64,000 bases of DNA from an uncultured Bacillota bacterium (GTDB taxonomy: Bacteria > Bacillota > DTU084): contig CALASN010000164.1 in NCBI GenBank assembly GCA_937888735.1, positions 26,643 to 90,642 of the forward strand, in the 5' to 3' direction. Made by a program: the position numbers and the translations under genes. Below, one piece after another: positions 47,594 to 57,504 of the stretch; within the stretch, counting starts at the first letter, position 1; each line of letters opens with the position of its first letter. Under the pieces are notes generated by a model. It was not told the origin of the DNA. It searched no databases and worked only from the letters and a program-made list of their open reading frames with translations.

Positions 47594-48622
47594 ATGATTG
47601 TTGTGATGAAAGAAGGGGCAGGAAAGCAGGAAATCGCCAATGTAGTAGCGCGGCTTGAAGAGTATGGTTTCGCCATTCATCTTTCCCAGGGCGTAACCCG
47701 CACCATCATCGGTGCCATCGGAGATAAAAAGCCAGTCTACCTGCAGTCCATCGAGGCCATGAGCGGAGTAGAGAAATTGGTGCCCATCATGGAGCCTTAT
47801 AAACTCGTGAGCCGCAGCTTTCAAAAAGAAACCACTGTGGTAAAAGTGGGGACAGTCAAAATCGGCGGGCCGGAGATAGTGGTGATGGCCGGGCCCTGCG
47901 CCGTGGAAAACAAAGAGCAGCTTTTCGCCGCAGCCGGAGCTGTGAAAGCTTCCGGAGCCAGCATTCTCCGCGGCGGCGCGTTCAAACCCAGAACCTCGCC
48001 TTACTCTTTTCAAGGTTTGGAGGAAGAGGGACTGAAGATCCTCGCCGGCGCCCGGGAAGAGTTCGGTTTGCCTGTGGTGACGGAAGTGGTGGATCCCAAA
48101 GACGTGGAATTGGTCGCCCGGTATGCGGACATGCTGCAGGTTGGCGCCCGCAATATGCAAAATTTTTCCTTGCTGCGGGAGGTGGGGCGCAGCGGGCTGC
48201 CCGTGCTGCTGAAACGCGGCCTGGCCGCCACTGTGGAAGAATGGCTGATGGCTGCCGAATATATCCTCTCCGAGGGGAACAGGCAGGTTGTGCTCTGCGA
48301 GCGGGGAATCCGCACTTATGAGACTCAAACCCGCAACACCTTGGATCTGAGCGCCGTGCCGCTGGCAAAGGAGCTTGGCCACTTGCCCATCATCGTGGAT
48401 CCCAGTCACGCTTCAGGACGCTGGCGCCTGGTGCCGCCTCTGGCCAGGGCCGCCATCGCCGCAGGTGCGGACGGAATCATGGTGGAAGTGCATCCCAATC
48501 CCGAACAGGCTTTTTCCGACGGGCCGCAATCGCTCAAGCCTGAGAATTTTCAGGAATTAATGACGCAGCTTGCCGCGTTGTGCCCGGCGTTGGGCAGAAA
48601 GCTGGCCGGCTGTCATGGCTAA
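47594..48622 (+). CDS. aroF: 3-deoxy-7-phosphoheptulonate (DAHP) synthase, type I-beta, with an N-terminal ferredoxin-like regulatory domain.
   Basis: Regulatory domain MIVVMKEGAGKQEIANVVARLEEYGF is followed by IVVMAGPCAVENKEQL and the KPRTSPYSFQGL catalytic core. Confidence 0.85.
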   Translation: MIVVMKEGAGKQEIANVVARLEEYGFAIHLSQGVTRTIIGAIGDKKPVYLQSIEAMSGVEKLVPIMEPYKLVSRSFQKETTVVKVGTVKIGGPEIVVMAGPCAVENKEQLFAAAGAVKASGASILRGGAFKPRTSPYSFQGLEEEGLKILAGAREEFGLPVVTEVVDPKDVELVARYADMLQVGARNMQNFSLLREVGRSGLPVLLKRGLAATVEEWLMAAEYILSEGNRQVVLCERGIRTYETQTRNTLDLSAVPLAKELGHLPIIVDPSHASGRWRLVPPLARAAIAAGADGIMVEVHPNPEQAFSDGPQSLKPENFQELMTQLAALCPALGRKLAGCHG

Positions 48623-49697
48623 AACTTGTCTCATTGCGGGCGTTGGCCTCATCGGAGGCTCCTTTGGCCTTGCGCTGCGGCAGAGCGGCTGGGGAAGGGT
48701 TTTGGGCGCGGATTCCAGTCAGGAAGCTTTAGCCGAGGCTCTGCGCGTCGGGGCAATCGACGCGGCCGTCCGGCTGGAAGAAACGGCAGATGTGGAGTGC
48801 GCCATTGTGGCCACGCCGGTCTTGGAAGTGATCCCCACTTGCCAGAAGCTGTTTTCCATCTTGCCGCCGCAAGCCATTGTGCTGGATACGGCCAGCACCA
48901 AAGGGGCGATTGTGCAGAAAGCTCAGGAATTGTTTCCGGGACGCTTCATTGGGGGACATCCCATGGCGGGCTCCGAGCGGGGTGGCATTACCGCGGCGGA
49001 TCCCTATTTGTTTCAAAACGCTCCGTTTATCCTCACGCCTGGCTCGGACGTTTCTTCTCAAACCATAGCTTATGTCCAGCAGCTGGTAAGCAAGACCGGA
49101 GCGGTTCCCATTAGCCTTTCCGCCCAGCGGCACGATCAGATCGTGGGGATGGTCAGTCACCTGCCGCACTTGTGCGCAGTGGCGCTGCTGAACACCATTG
49201 CTGGCTTTGAAGATAAGGATCTAGCCTTGACGCTTGCGGCAGGTGGCTTTTGTGATCTCACCCGGGTAGCCAGCGGCAGCCCCAAGCTGTGGCGGGAGAT
49301 TTTGGGCAGCAATCGCTGGGTGGCAGCCTCCCTCGTCGGCCGGCTGCAAAAGTCTTTACAGGCTCTAAAAGAGCTTTTGGAACAGGGAGAACTCTCCGGA
49401 CTGGAAGCGCTCCTGGCTGACGCGCAAAAAACCCGCAGTTTGCTGCCTCTGCGCAGAAAGGGCCTCCTGGGCTCAAGTTTTCAGTTGGTATTGTCGCTGC
49501 CGGACGAACCCGGTTCTTTGGCTGCTGTCACCGGGCTTCTGGCGGAAAAAGAGATCAATATTCAGGATTTGGAGATCTTGCGGATTCGAGAAGGGGAAGG
49601 GGGAACTGTGAGAGTGAGCTTTCGCGATCAGAACGCCCAAGAGGCTGCCCGCGGTATTCTGGCGGCTGCCGGCTTTCAGCCTCTCCGCCAGGAATGA
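48615..49697 (+). CDS. tyrA: Prephenate dehydrogenase with a C-terminal ACT domain.
   Basis: ATG 48615 overlaps the aroF stop. Rossmann motif LIAGVGLIGGSFGLAL. C-terminal ACT domain (FQLVLSLPDEPGSLAAVTGLLAE). Confidence 0.85.
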   Translation: MAKTCLIAGVGLIGGSFGLALRQSGWGRVLGADSSQEALAEALRVGAIDAAVRLEETADVECAIVATPVLEVIPTCQKLFSILPPQAIVLDTASTKGAIVQKAQELFPGRFIGGHPMAGSERGGITAADPYLFQNAPFILTPGSDVSSQTIAYVQQLVSKTGAVPISLSAQRHDQIVGMVSHLPHLCAVALLNTIAGFEDKDLALTLAAGGFCDLTRVASGSPKLWREILGSNRWVAASLVGRLQKSLQALKELLEQGELSGLEALLADAQKTRSLLPLRRKGLLGSSFQLVLSLPDEPGSLAAVTGLLAEKEINIQDLEILRIREGEGGTVRVSFRDQNAQEAARGILAAAGFQPLRQE

Positions 49698-50995
49698 ACG
49701 CGCAAGTTACGCCAAGCCGGCCTTGGCGCTTTGAAGCCCACGTTCCCGCAGATAAATCAATTACGCACAGGGCCTTAATTTTAGGCGCCGTCAGCCAGGG
49801 ACAGACAGTGGTGAGGGGAGCTCTCCCCAGCCGCGATTGCCTGGCCACAGCTAAGATTCTCCGGCAATTGGGGATTGATCTCGACTGGAGAAGCGACAAT
49901 ACCGTGCTCGTGCGCGGAGGTAAACTTCAGGAGAGCGGAGACGTTTTGGATTGCCAAAACAGCGGCACCACCATGCGCCTTTTCAGCGGCCTACTGGCAG
50001 GACAGAGCTTCTTCAGCGTGCTCTCCGGCGACAACTCATTGCGCCAAAGGCCTATGGCGCGTGTGCTTCGGCCCTTGAAAGCCATGGGAGGACAGCTTTT
50101 CGGCAGGCGCGGCAATCAATATCCTCCCCTGGCCATCGTGGGCAGGCAGCTGGCTGGCATCTCCTACCAGCTCCCTGTGGCAAGCGCCCAGCTGAAAAGC
50201 GCGCTGCTTCTGGCCGGGCTATTTGCCAAAGGAAAAACCGTCGTCACGGAACCGATCCCCAGCAGGGATCACACAGAGCGGATGCTCAAGGATTTCGGCG
50301 CAGCCATCAGCAGAGAGGGGAAAAACATTGCCATAGAGGCAGCCGGCGCTCTTCGGGGCAGGGAGATTGCAGTGCCTGGAGATTTTTCTTCAGCAGCCTT
50401 TCTCATAGCCGGCGCTTTACTCATCCCAGGCTCTAGGATTCTCTTGCGCGATGTGGGCGTCAACCCCACAAGATCTGCCTTCCTGACGGTTCTGCAGCGG
50501 ATGGGAGCTAAAATCAGAGTCCAAAACCAACGCTCTTTCGGCTCCGAGGAGGTGGCAGATCTGGAGGTGGAAACAAGCGAACTGCGCGGCACGGAAGTGC
50601 GGGGGGAAAGCGTTCCCCTGTTCATAGACGAACTTCCGGTTTTAGCAGCAGTCGCCACAGCTGCCGCAGGCACCACCGCCATCCGGGATGCTGCCGAATT
50701 GCGGGTGAAAGAGTCTGATCGCATCGGAGCCATGGTCTTGGGGCTCAGGCGCTTGGGCGTCGAGACAGAAGAATTGCCCGATGGACTTGTGATTGAAGGC
50801 GGTAAGCCTTTGCACGGCGCCCAGGTTGATTCCTTCGGCGATCACAGGATCGCGATGGCCATGGCCGTGGCTGCGCAGCGGGCTGAAGGGGTTACCACTA
50901 TTCAAGATGCGGAATGCGTGGAGATTTCCTTTCCCAACTTTTGGCAGTTATTTGCCAATAAAAATGAAATAAAGCAGGAAAAGCTGAAATTATGA
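49694..50995 (+). CDS. aroA: 3-phosphoshikimate 1-carboxyvinyltransferase (EPSP synthase).
   Basis: 433 aa. Motifs PADKSITHRALILGA and LDCQNSGTTMRLFSG. The start overlaps the tyrA stop. Confidence 0.9.
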   Translation: MNAQVTPSRPWRFEAHVPADKSITHRALILGAVSQGQTVVRGALPSRDCLATAKILRQLGIDLDWRSDNTVLVRGGKLQESGDVLDCQNSGTTMRLFSGLLAGQSFFSVLSGDNSLRQRPMARVLRPLKAMGGQLFGRRGNQYPPLAIVGRQLAGISYQLPVASAQLKSALLLAGLFAKGKTVVTEPIPSRDHTERMLKDFGAAISREGKNIAIEAAGALRGREIAVPGDFSSAAFLIAGALLIPGSRILLRDVGVNPTRSAFLTVLQRMGAKIRVQNQRSFGSEEVADLEVETSELRGTEVRGESVPLFIDELPVLAAVATAAAGTTAIRDAAELRVKESDRIGAMVLGLRRLGVETEELPDGLVIEGGKPLHGAQVDSFGDHRIAMAMAVAAQRAEGVTTIQDAECVEISFPNFWQLFANKNEIKQEKLKL

Positions 50996-51030
50996 CGAAG
51001 TATTGAAAACGTGAGGGGAAATTATTCGGT

Positions 51031-51696
51031 ATGCAGATTGCAATTGATGGCCCTGCAGGTTCCGGGAAGAGCACGGTGGCCCGTCAGGTGGCGCAAGAGT
51101 TGGGTTTTTTATATATCGACACTGGCGCCATGTACCGGGCTTTGACGCTGAAAGCGTTGCGGGAGGGCATTTCCCTTGCCGATGAAGCGGCGATAGCTGC
51201 GCTTTTGTCCCGCAGCCGGCTGGAACTGCTTCCAGGTGAAGCCACAACCGTTCTGCTGGATGGAGAGGATGTAAGCGCGCAGATCCGGCTGCCTGACGTC
51301 AACCGCGGAGTTTCAGACGTGGCTGCTTTGCCAGCGGTGCGGCGGCAGTTGGTGAGCCTGCAACAGCGGTTGGCAAAAGGCGATGTGGTGATGGATGGCA
51401 GGGATATCGGCACTGTGGTCTTGCCGCAAGCTGAAGTCAAAGTGTTCTTGACCGCCAGCTTGCAAGAGCGGGCCGCGCGGCGGGCAAAGGAACTGTGGGC
51501 ACGGGGAATAGACCTTTCCCTGCGGGAGCTTGAAGCGCAATTGGCTTTGCGCGATCAATTGGATGAAAACCGTGAGGTTGGACCGCTTCGCAGGGCTTCG
51601 GACGCGTACCTTCTGGACACTACTGAGCTCACCATAGAGCAAGCGGTGGTTGAAATCATCTCATTATACCGGAAGGCAATTGTCCAAAAGGTCTAA
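51031..51696 (+). CDS. cmk: Cytidylate kinase.
   Basis: P-loop MQIAIDGPAGSGKSTVAR. Motifs YIDTGAMYRA and VMDGRDIGTVV. Confidence 0.9.
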   Translation: MQIAIDGPAGSGKSTVARQVAQELGFLYIDTGAMYRALTLKALREGISLADEAAIAALLSRSRLELLPGEATTVLLDGEDVSAQIRLPDVNRGVSDVAALPAVRRQLVSLQQRLAKGDVVMDGRDIGTVVLPQAEVKVFLTASLQERAARRAKELWARGIDLSLRELEAQLALRDQLDENREVGPLRRASDAYLLDTTELTIEQAVVEIISLYRKAIVQKV

Positions 51697-51708
51697 GGTG
51701 GGGGACAG

Positions 51709-52323
51709 ATGTTTTATCGGATAGCGCTTTGGTTTGCAAAAATGTTGTTCCTAGTTTATTTCAGGCTTCAAGTGGAAGGCAAAGAAAACATTCCCCAACA
51801 CGGCGGCGCAGTGATCGCGGCAAATCATGCCAGCTACCTGGATCCGCCTGCCGTGGGCGTTGCTATGCCTCGCAAACTGAATTTTATGGCCAAAGAAGAG
51901 TTATTCCGAATTCCTGTGCTGGCACCTCTCATTAGGCTTTTGGGAGCATTTCCGGTTCGCCGCCTGTCGGGAGATCGCACAGCGATAACTCATGCCTTAA
52001 CGCTCCTCAGTCTTGGCCAACTGATGGGCATTTTCCCCCAGGGAAGGCGAGCTAGCAATGACGATCTCTCCTTCCGTGGGGGCGCAGTTTTTTTGGCCTT
52101 AAAAGCTCGGGTACCGCTCATTCCAGTGGCTATACTGGGAAGCGATCGGGCGTGGGGGAGTGACAGAAAATTTCCCAGGCCCAAAAAGCTCAGAGTAAAA
52201 ATAGGCAAGCCCATTTATCTGCCGCTGCTTGATCCCCCAAACCGTCAAAGACAGATGGCAGAAGCCAATGACAAGCTGCGGGCGGCCATGAGAGAGCTTT
52301 TAAAAGAGGATCTTCCAGGATGA
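51709..52323 (+). CDS. plsC: 1-acyl-sn-glycerol-3-phosphate acyltransferase.
   Basis: HxxxxD motif (ANHASYLDP). FPQG(R) block. N-terminal membrane anchor. Confidence 0.8.
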   Translation: MFYRIALWFAKMLFLVYFRLQVEGKENIPQHGGAVIAANHASYLDPPAVGVAMPRKLNFMAKEELFRIPVLAPLIRLLGAFPVRRLSGDRTAITHALTLLSLGQLMGIFPQGRRASNDDLSFRGGAVFLALKARVPLIPVAILGSDRAWGSDRKFPRPKKLRVKIGKPIYLPLLDPPNRQRQMAEANDKLRAAMRELLKEDLPG

Positions 52324-52391
52324 GTTTCTAATAATTAGTTTGAAACCCTCATATTTCGGACAAGTTAGCAAAAACTAAACAAGGAGGTGGG

Positions 52392-54527
52392 TTGTTGCGC
52401 GTCACGGTAGCTCAGCACGCAGGGTTCTGCTTTGGGGTAGAGCGGGCGATGAAGATGGCGATGGAGGAACTGGACGGTCATCCCCTGTACTGCCTTGGCC
52501 AATTGATACATAATCCTCAGATTGTGAAGTTGCTTGCTGATAAAGGGTTACAAGTAATCGAGAATCTGGAGGAAACCTCTGGCGGTACCTTAATCGTTCG
52601 TTCCCACGGTTTGTCGAAAGATGTGATCAGAGCGGCTGAGGATCGTGGCTTGCGAGTGGTAGACGCGACTTGTCCTTTTGTGAGCAGAGCGCAGAAACTG
52701 GCATCCCAGCTGGTTTCCCAAGGATATCAGGTGATTTTGGTAGGAGACCCTGATCATCCGGAGGTTTGCGCCATAGTTGGCTCAGCGGGCGGGGAGGTAA
52801 TAGTGGCAAGCTCTCCTGACATGCTGAGACAGCTGAAGGTGAAGCCTGTAGTTGGGCTTTTAGCACAAACAACTCAGGACTTAGCCAATTTCAAAGCCTG
52901 TGCCGACGTCTTAATAGACGAAGCGCGAGAGCTGCGAGTTTATAACACGATTTGTACAGCCACAGAAAAAAGAATGGCAGCCGCGGTTGAGTTGGCTGGG
53001 AAAGTTCAGCTGATGATCGTCATCGGCGGAAAGAACAGCGCCAATACAAAGCGGCTAGCCCAGGTTTGTCGAGCTGCGGGAGTGACCACATATCACATTG
53101 AAACCGAGGCCGAATTGAAGCCAGAATGGTTCACGGGTCTCAGTCAGGTTGGGGTTACAGCCGGAGCATCGACGCCCAAATGGATGATCGAGGGGGTAGT
53201 GAGGAAAATGATTGAAATTGACGAACAGAAAGATCAGCAGGAAACTGTTGCGGCTGAGCCTCAGCCGCAAGGTGAAGCCACCGATAAGGAGGTGGCTTCT
53301 GTCGGGGAGGCCCCTGCTGAAACAACCCAAACCCAGTCGGCGGAACCCGAGGAATCACACATGGAGTCTCAGGCCTTCCCTACAATCAATCAGGGTGACA
53401 TCATCAAAGGAAAGGTGATTCAGGTTACCGACAATGAGGCCATGGTGGACATCGGGTATAAATCCGAAGGGATAATCCATAAGGGCGAGCTGGCATACCG
53501 GCCTGTGGCATCGGCAGAAGAGCTGCTGAAAGTTGGCGACGAGATCGATGTGTACGTGGAGAAAGTAGACGACGGAGAAGGGAACCCTGTTTTATCCAAG
53601 CGCAAGGCTGACGCAGCTCGCTCTTGGGTAGTGCTGGAAGAAGCATACCACAAAAATGAAGCCATTGAGGCGCCGGTAATTGAGCGGGTTAAAGGCGGAT
53701 TGCTAGTGGATGTCGGCGTGCGCGGCTTCGTGCCGGCATCTCAGGTTGATCGCCGCTTTGTGGATAATCTGGAACAGTTTATCGGGCAGGTCTGGAAGTT
53801 GAAAATACTCGAGATGGATCGGGAACGGAATAATGTGGTGCTCTCCCACAAAGCCGTACTGGACGAGGAGTTTCAGTCCCACAAACAAGACGTCTACGAT
53901 TCCCTGAAGCCCGGCGAGATCGTAGACGGAGAGGTCAAAAGGCTTACGGACTTCGGCGCTTTCATAGATATCGGCGACGGTGTGGAAGGCCTTTTGCACG
54001 TCTCGGAGATGGCCTTCAGCCGCGTGAAACATCCTTCAGATGTGGTCTGCGAAGGCCAGAAGATTAAAGTGATGATTTTGGGAGTGGATAAAGAACGGGA
54101 GCGCATCTCCTTAGGCCTTAAACAGACCTTGCCGGATCCATGGGATCACGTTGCGGAAAAATATCCTGAAGGTTCGCTGGTTGAAGGCGAGGTAACCAGA
54201 CTGGTGGACTTTGGCGCTTTTGTGAAACTGGAAGACGGCGTGGAAGGGCTGGTGCATATTTCACAGTTGGCCAATCGTCATGTGGCAAAACCGGATGAAG
54301 TTGTGCACTCCGGAGAACGCGTAAAGGTCAAGGTGCTCTCGGTGGATCCTGAACGTCACCGCATCGGGTTGAGCGTCCGGGAAGCGGAACAGCCTGCGAA
54401 ACAACAGACCAAGCCTGAGAACCATAATCATGCAGACAGCGATTATCAGCAGTCTGCACCGGAGGTGACCTTAGGAGATCTGTTCGGGGATCTGTTTAAG
54501 GACCAGAAGGAAGACAAAGATAACTAA
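52392..54527 (+). CDS. ispH-rpsA: Bifunctional 4-hydroxy-3-methylbut-2-enyl diphosphate reductase (IspH/LytB) fused to ribosomal protein S1 (four S1 domains).
   Basis: The N-terminal ~280 aa are IspH (VAQHAGFCFGVERA, conserved Cys ligands). The C-terminal ~400 aa hold repeated S1 motifs (G.V....D.GAF...G..GL.H.S). Confidence 0.85.
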   Translation: MLRVTVAQHAGFCFGVERAMKMAMEELDGHPLYCLGQLIHNPQIVKLLADKGLQVIENLEETSGGTLIVRSHGLSKDVIRAAEDRGLRVVDATCPFVSRAQKLASQLVSQGYQVILVGDPDHPEVCAIVGSAGGEVIVASSPDMLRQLKVKPVVGLLAQTTQDLANFKACADVLIDEARELRVYNTICTATEKRMAAAVELAGKVQLMIVIGGKNSANTKRLAQVCRAAGVTTYHIETEAELKPEWFTGLSQVGVTAGASTPKWMIEGVVRKMIEIDEQKDQQETVAAEPQPQGEATDKEVASVGEAPAETTQTQSAEPEESHMESQAFPTINQGDIIKGKVIQVTDNEAMVDIGYKSEGIIHKGELAYRPVASAEELLKVGDEIDVYVEKVDDGEGNPVLSKRKADAARSWVVLEEAYHKNEAIEAPVIERVKGGLLVDVGVRGFVPASQVDRRFVDNLEQFIGQVWKLKILEMDRERNNVVLSHKAVLDEEFQSHKQDVYDSLKPGEIVDGEVKRLTDFGAFIDIGDGVEGLLHVSEMAFSRVKHPSDVVCEGQKIKVMILGVDKERERISLGLKQTLPDPWDHVAEKYPEGSLVEGEVTRLVDFGAFVKLEDGVEGLVHISQLANRHVAKPDEVVHSGERVKVKVLSVDPERHRIGLSVREAEQPAKQQTKPENHNHADSDYQQSAPEVTLGDLFGDLFKDQKEDKDN

Positions 54528-54529
54528 AA

Positions 54530-54596
54530 ATAGAGGCCAGGCAAAAGCCTGGCCTCCGTCGCAAAGGGGACTGCCACTGGCAGTCCCCTTTTTTCA
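54530..54596. terminator. Two consecutive hairpins between convergent ispH-rpsA and aconitase. The second (AAAAGGGGACTGCCACTGGCAGTCCCCTTTTTT) is a bidirectional rho-independent terminator.
   Basis: GAGGCCAGGCaaaagCCTGGCCTC, then a GGGGACTGCCA/TGGCAGTCCCC stem flanked by A-run and T-run. Confidence 0.65.
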
Positions 54597-56516
54597 AGCC
54601 TTGTTTTTGGTATAATTCAAAAGTCCTCCGGCCAGAATAATGGCCACTTGTCGCTCCGACAGTTCATAGCTGAGGTCAATAGTTGTCTTTTGAGATGATA
54701 TAGCTTGAAGCCTTCCTGTTCTCTCCGCCAGTGCCTGCCGCAGATCTGGAAACTCAAGTTCGTCTTTCTGGCTCAACTTTTGATAATCCTCTTGGCTGAT
54801 CACTAACGGGAGAATGCCAAAGTTAACCAGATTCGCCTTGTGAATCCTGGCAAAGCTCTGGGCCAAGACCGCTTTGATTCCAAGGTACATCGGGCACAGC
54901 GCGGCGTGTTCGCGGCTGGAGCCCTGGCCGTAGTTTTGTCCTCCCAGGATAATCCCGCCGCCGGCCTCTTGCGCCCGCTGGGCAAAGGACGGATCCACCT
55001 GCTGGAACACATGTTGGCTTAAAGCTGGCACATTGGATCGCAAAGGCAAGATTTTAGCGCCGGCAGGCATGATGTGGTCCGTAGTGATGTTGTCCCCGAC
55101 TTTTAAGAGCACTTTGCCCCGATAAGTTTCCGGCAAAGCTTTTTGGAGTGGCAGCGCCTTAATGTTGGGACCGCGGCGGATTTCAACGTCGGCCTCTTGC
55201 GGCGGGATGATCATGCCGTCGTCAATGAGAAAGCTTTCGGGCTCTTCAATGGCCGGATACGCTCCCAAATCCCTGGGATCTGTGAATTTACCGGCCAGGG
55301 CGCTCGCCACGCCCACTTCGGGACTGACTAAATAGACTTGCGCAGATTTAGTGCCGCTTCTGCCTTCGAAATTCCTGTTGAAGGTGCGCAGGCTAACGCC
55401 ACCAGTTGGCGGCGCTTGTCCCATGCCGATGCAAGGTCCGCACGTACATTCCAGAATTCTGGCTCCGGCCTGCACCATGTCCGCTAAGGCTCCGTTTTGG
55501 GACAACATGGTGAGCACCTGCTTGGAACCGGGGCTAATGACTAGCGAGACATTGGGGTGAACGCGTCTGCCTTTTAAAATTTTCGCTACCCGCATCAGAT
55601 CCACATACGATGAATTAGTGCAGCTGCCTATGGCAACTTGGTTTACAGCCACATTCTCAGCGGCTAGTTTACTGACTTTGCTCACATTATCCGGACTATG
55701 GGGCATAGCCGCCAGGGGCTCAAGCTTCTCAAGGTTGATTTCAACCACTTCGTCGTAGGTGGCGTCGCTGTCCGCCCCTAATTCTCGCCAGCTATCTTCT
55801 CTGCCTTGGGCAGCCAAAAACTCTCTTGTCACCTGGTCGCTGGGGAAAATTGAGGTTGTGGCGCCCAGTTCCGCCCCCATGTTGGTGATGGTAGCCCGCT
55901 GGGGGACGCGCAGAGAGGCCACGCCAGGGCCGGTATATTCGAAGATCTTCCCCACGCCGCCTTTCACTGTGAGCAGCCGCAGAAGCTCTAGAATTATGTC
56001 TTTGGCCGTAACCCAAGCTGGCAGCTGTCCTGTGAGATGAACGTTAACGATTTTGGGCATGGGCGTATAGAAAGCGCCTCCGCCCATGGCCACTGCCACA
56101 TCCAAACCGCCGGCTCCAATTGCCAGCATGCCGATGCCTCCGCCTGTGGGCGTGTGACTGTCCGAACCGAGCAATGTTTTGCCCGGCTGTCCGAAACGTT
56201 CCAAATGTACCTGATGGCAAATGCCATTGCCCGGGCGGGAAAAGTAGATGCCGTATTTTTGGGCGATGGATTGTAAAAAGAGGTGATCGTCGGCATTTTC
56301 AAAGCCTGTTTGCAAAGTGTTGTGATCAACGTAGCTAACTGAAAGTTCTGTGCGCACTTGGGGCAGATCCATGGCTTCAAATTGCAGATAAGCCATGGTG
56401 CCGGTTGCATCTTGGGTGAGGGTTTGATCGATCTTCAGGGCTATTTCGCTGCCAGGTTCCAGTTTTCCCTCCACAAGGTGCGCTTTGATGATTTTTTGTG
56501 CTAAATTCAGGCCCAA
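54594..56516 (-). CDS. Aconitate hydratase (short ~640-aa aconitase-family enzyme).
   Basis: Aconitase signatures IDQTLTQDATG, GSDSHTPTGGG and the Fe-S Cys region SCTNSSYVDL...CGPCIGMG. Confidence 0.85.
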   Translation of the reverse strand: MGLNLAQKIIKAHLVEGKLEPGSEIALKIDQTLTQDATGTMAYLQFEAMDLPQVRTELSVSYVDHNTLQTGFENADDHLFLQSIAQKYGIYFSRPGNGICHQVHLERFGQPGKTLLGSDSHTPTGGGIGMLAIGAGGLDVAVAMGGGAFYTPMPKIVNVHLTGQLPAWVTAKDIILELLRLLTVKGGVGKIFEYTGPGVASLRVPQRATITNMGAELGATTSIFPSDQVTREFLAAQGREDSWRELGADSDATYDEVVEINLEKLEPLAAMPHSPDNVSKVSKLAAENVAVNQVAIGSCTNSSYVDLMRVAKILKGRRVHPNVSLVISPGSKQVLTMLSQNGALADMVQAGARILECTCGPCIGMGQAPPTGGVSLRTFNRNFEGRSGTKSAQVYLVSPEVGVASALAGKFTDPRDLGAYPAIEEPESFLIDDGMIIPPQEADVEIRRGPNIKALPLQKALPETYRGKVLLKVGDNITTDHIMPAGAKILPLRSNVPALSQHVFQQVDPSFAQRAQEAGGGIILGGQNYGQGSSREHAALCPMYLGIKAVLAQSFARIHKANLVNFGILPLVISQEDYQKLSQKDELEFPDLRQALAERTGRLQAISSQKTTIDLSYELSERQVAIILAGGLLNYTKNKA

Positions 56517-56658
56517 GTTATAACCTCCCTGTGTAAAAATGAATCATGACAAAACTCCTCTTGAAATGTTAGCATATCCGGCTTGGACTGTCAATTTAAA
56601 CGTAACTCCGGGATAATCGGCAGGACATTTACGGATGATGCCTTCTTGCTGATTACCT

Positions 56659-57228
56659 ATGAGCTTGTTCGCGGCGACGAGCGGACAGATCGCAGCATTA
56701 GGCCGTAGCAAAAAGCTAGCTGATCTTGTGGAAAAGGTGGGCCGGCCAAGAACAGCCCTGCGCAAAGAGTTTAATAATTGGCCAAAGCAATGATAGACCC
56801 GAGGAAAGAAAAATTATACGCCGGTCTGCGTCGATAAGCTCCCGCACCTGCTTCGCCTTCTCGGTTCCAGTGCCGCAGCCATTGAACATATCGGAAGCAC
56901 CGCATATAACAACGGAACGCACAACCTCCACATCCTGCCGTACAACGACGGGTTTTATCAGCGCAATGAATTCCTTCAGCGGGATTATTTGCGGGAACAC
57001 CACAAATTAGCTGATGAATGCGGAGCGGTAAAAGAGAGAGCCGCCAGGGAAAACGGCAGTACCATGGAGGTATATTCGTACGCAAAGACAGAATTCAGAG
57101 GTAATCGATGCGACAGGGGAGGAAAAAGGATTTCCTCCGCAAAGCGTTTGGGAAAGTTAGAGGTGATTGATTTGCAGATGAATATACAGATCAGGCAGGA
57201 AACCCAAAAAGATTATGGGCTTACATAA
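56659..57228 (+). pseudogene. Decayed GrpB-family (UPF0157) paralog. Tandem in-frame stops (TGA TAG at 56791-56796) follow codon 44, and the gene carries an internal deletion relative to the intact copy at 62133.
   Basis: A single frame reads MSLF...ALRKEFNNWPKQ, then TGA TAG, then ...AAIEHIGSTAYNNG...DGFYQRNEFLQRDYLREHHKLADECGAVKE...YAKTEFR. The HIGSTA and REHH..A blocks mark the GrpB family. Confidence 0.5.
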
Positions 57229-57504
57229 ACAGTGGAGGAAAAAGCATTTGAAAATGAGGAGCACAGCGACCATAAGGAACACCGTCTGGTGGTCCGGGTT
57301 AAGAAGCAATGCATTTGTGCCCGGACTTTTCCCTTGTTGCGGAAATGAACAGGAAATTATAGGGCACATTCTGCCTTGCGGAACCTGTTAAAGAAAGATG
57401 CGGTCAGGCAGCCGTCTGACCAGCTGCTCGACGTATTCGGCAATGGCGCGAGAGCCGTGACGTTTTCAAATCGTAACGTCGCTTTATTTTGTCAGCCGCG
57501 CTGA

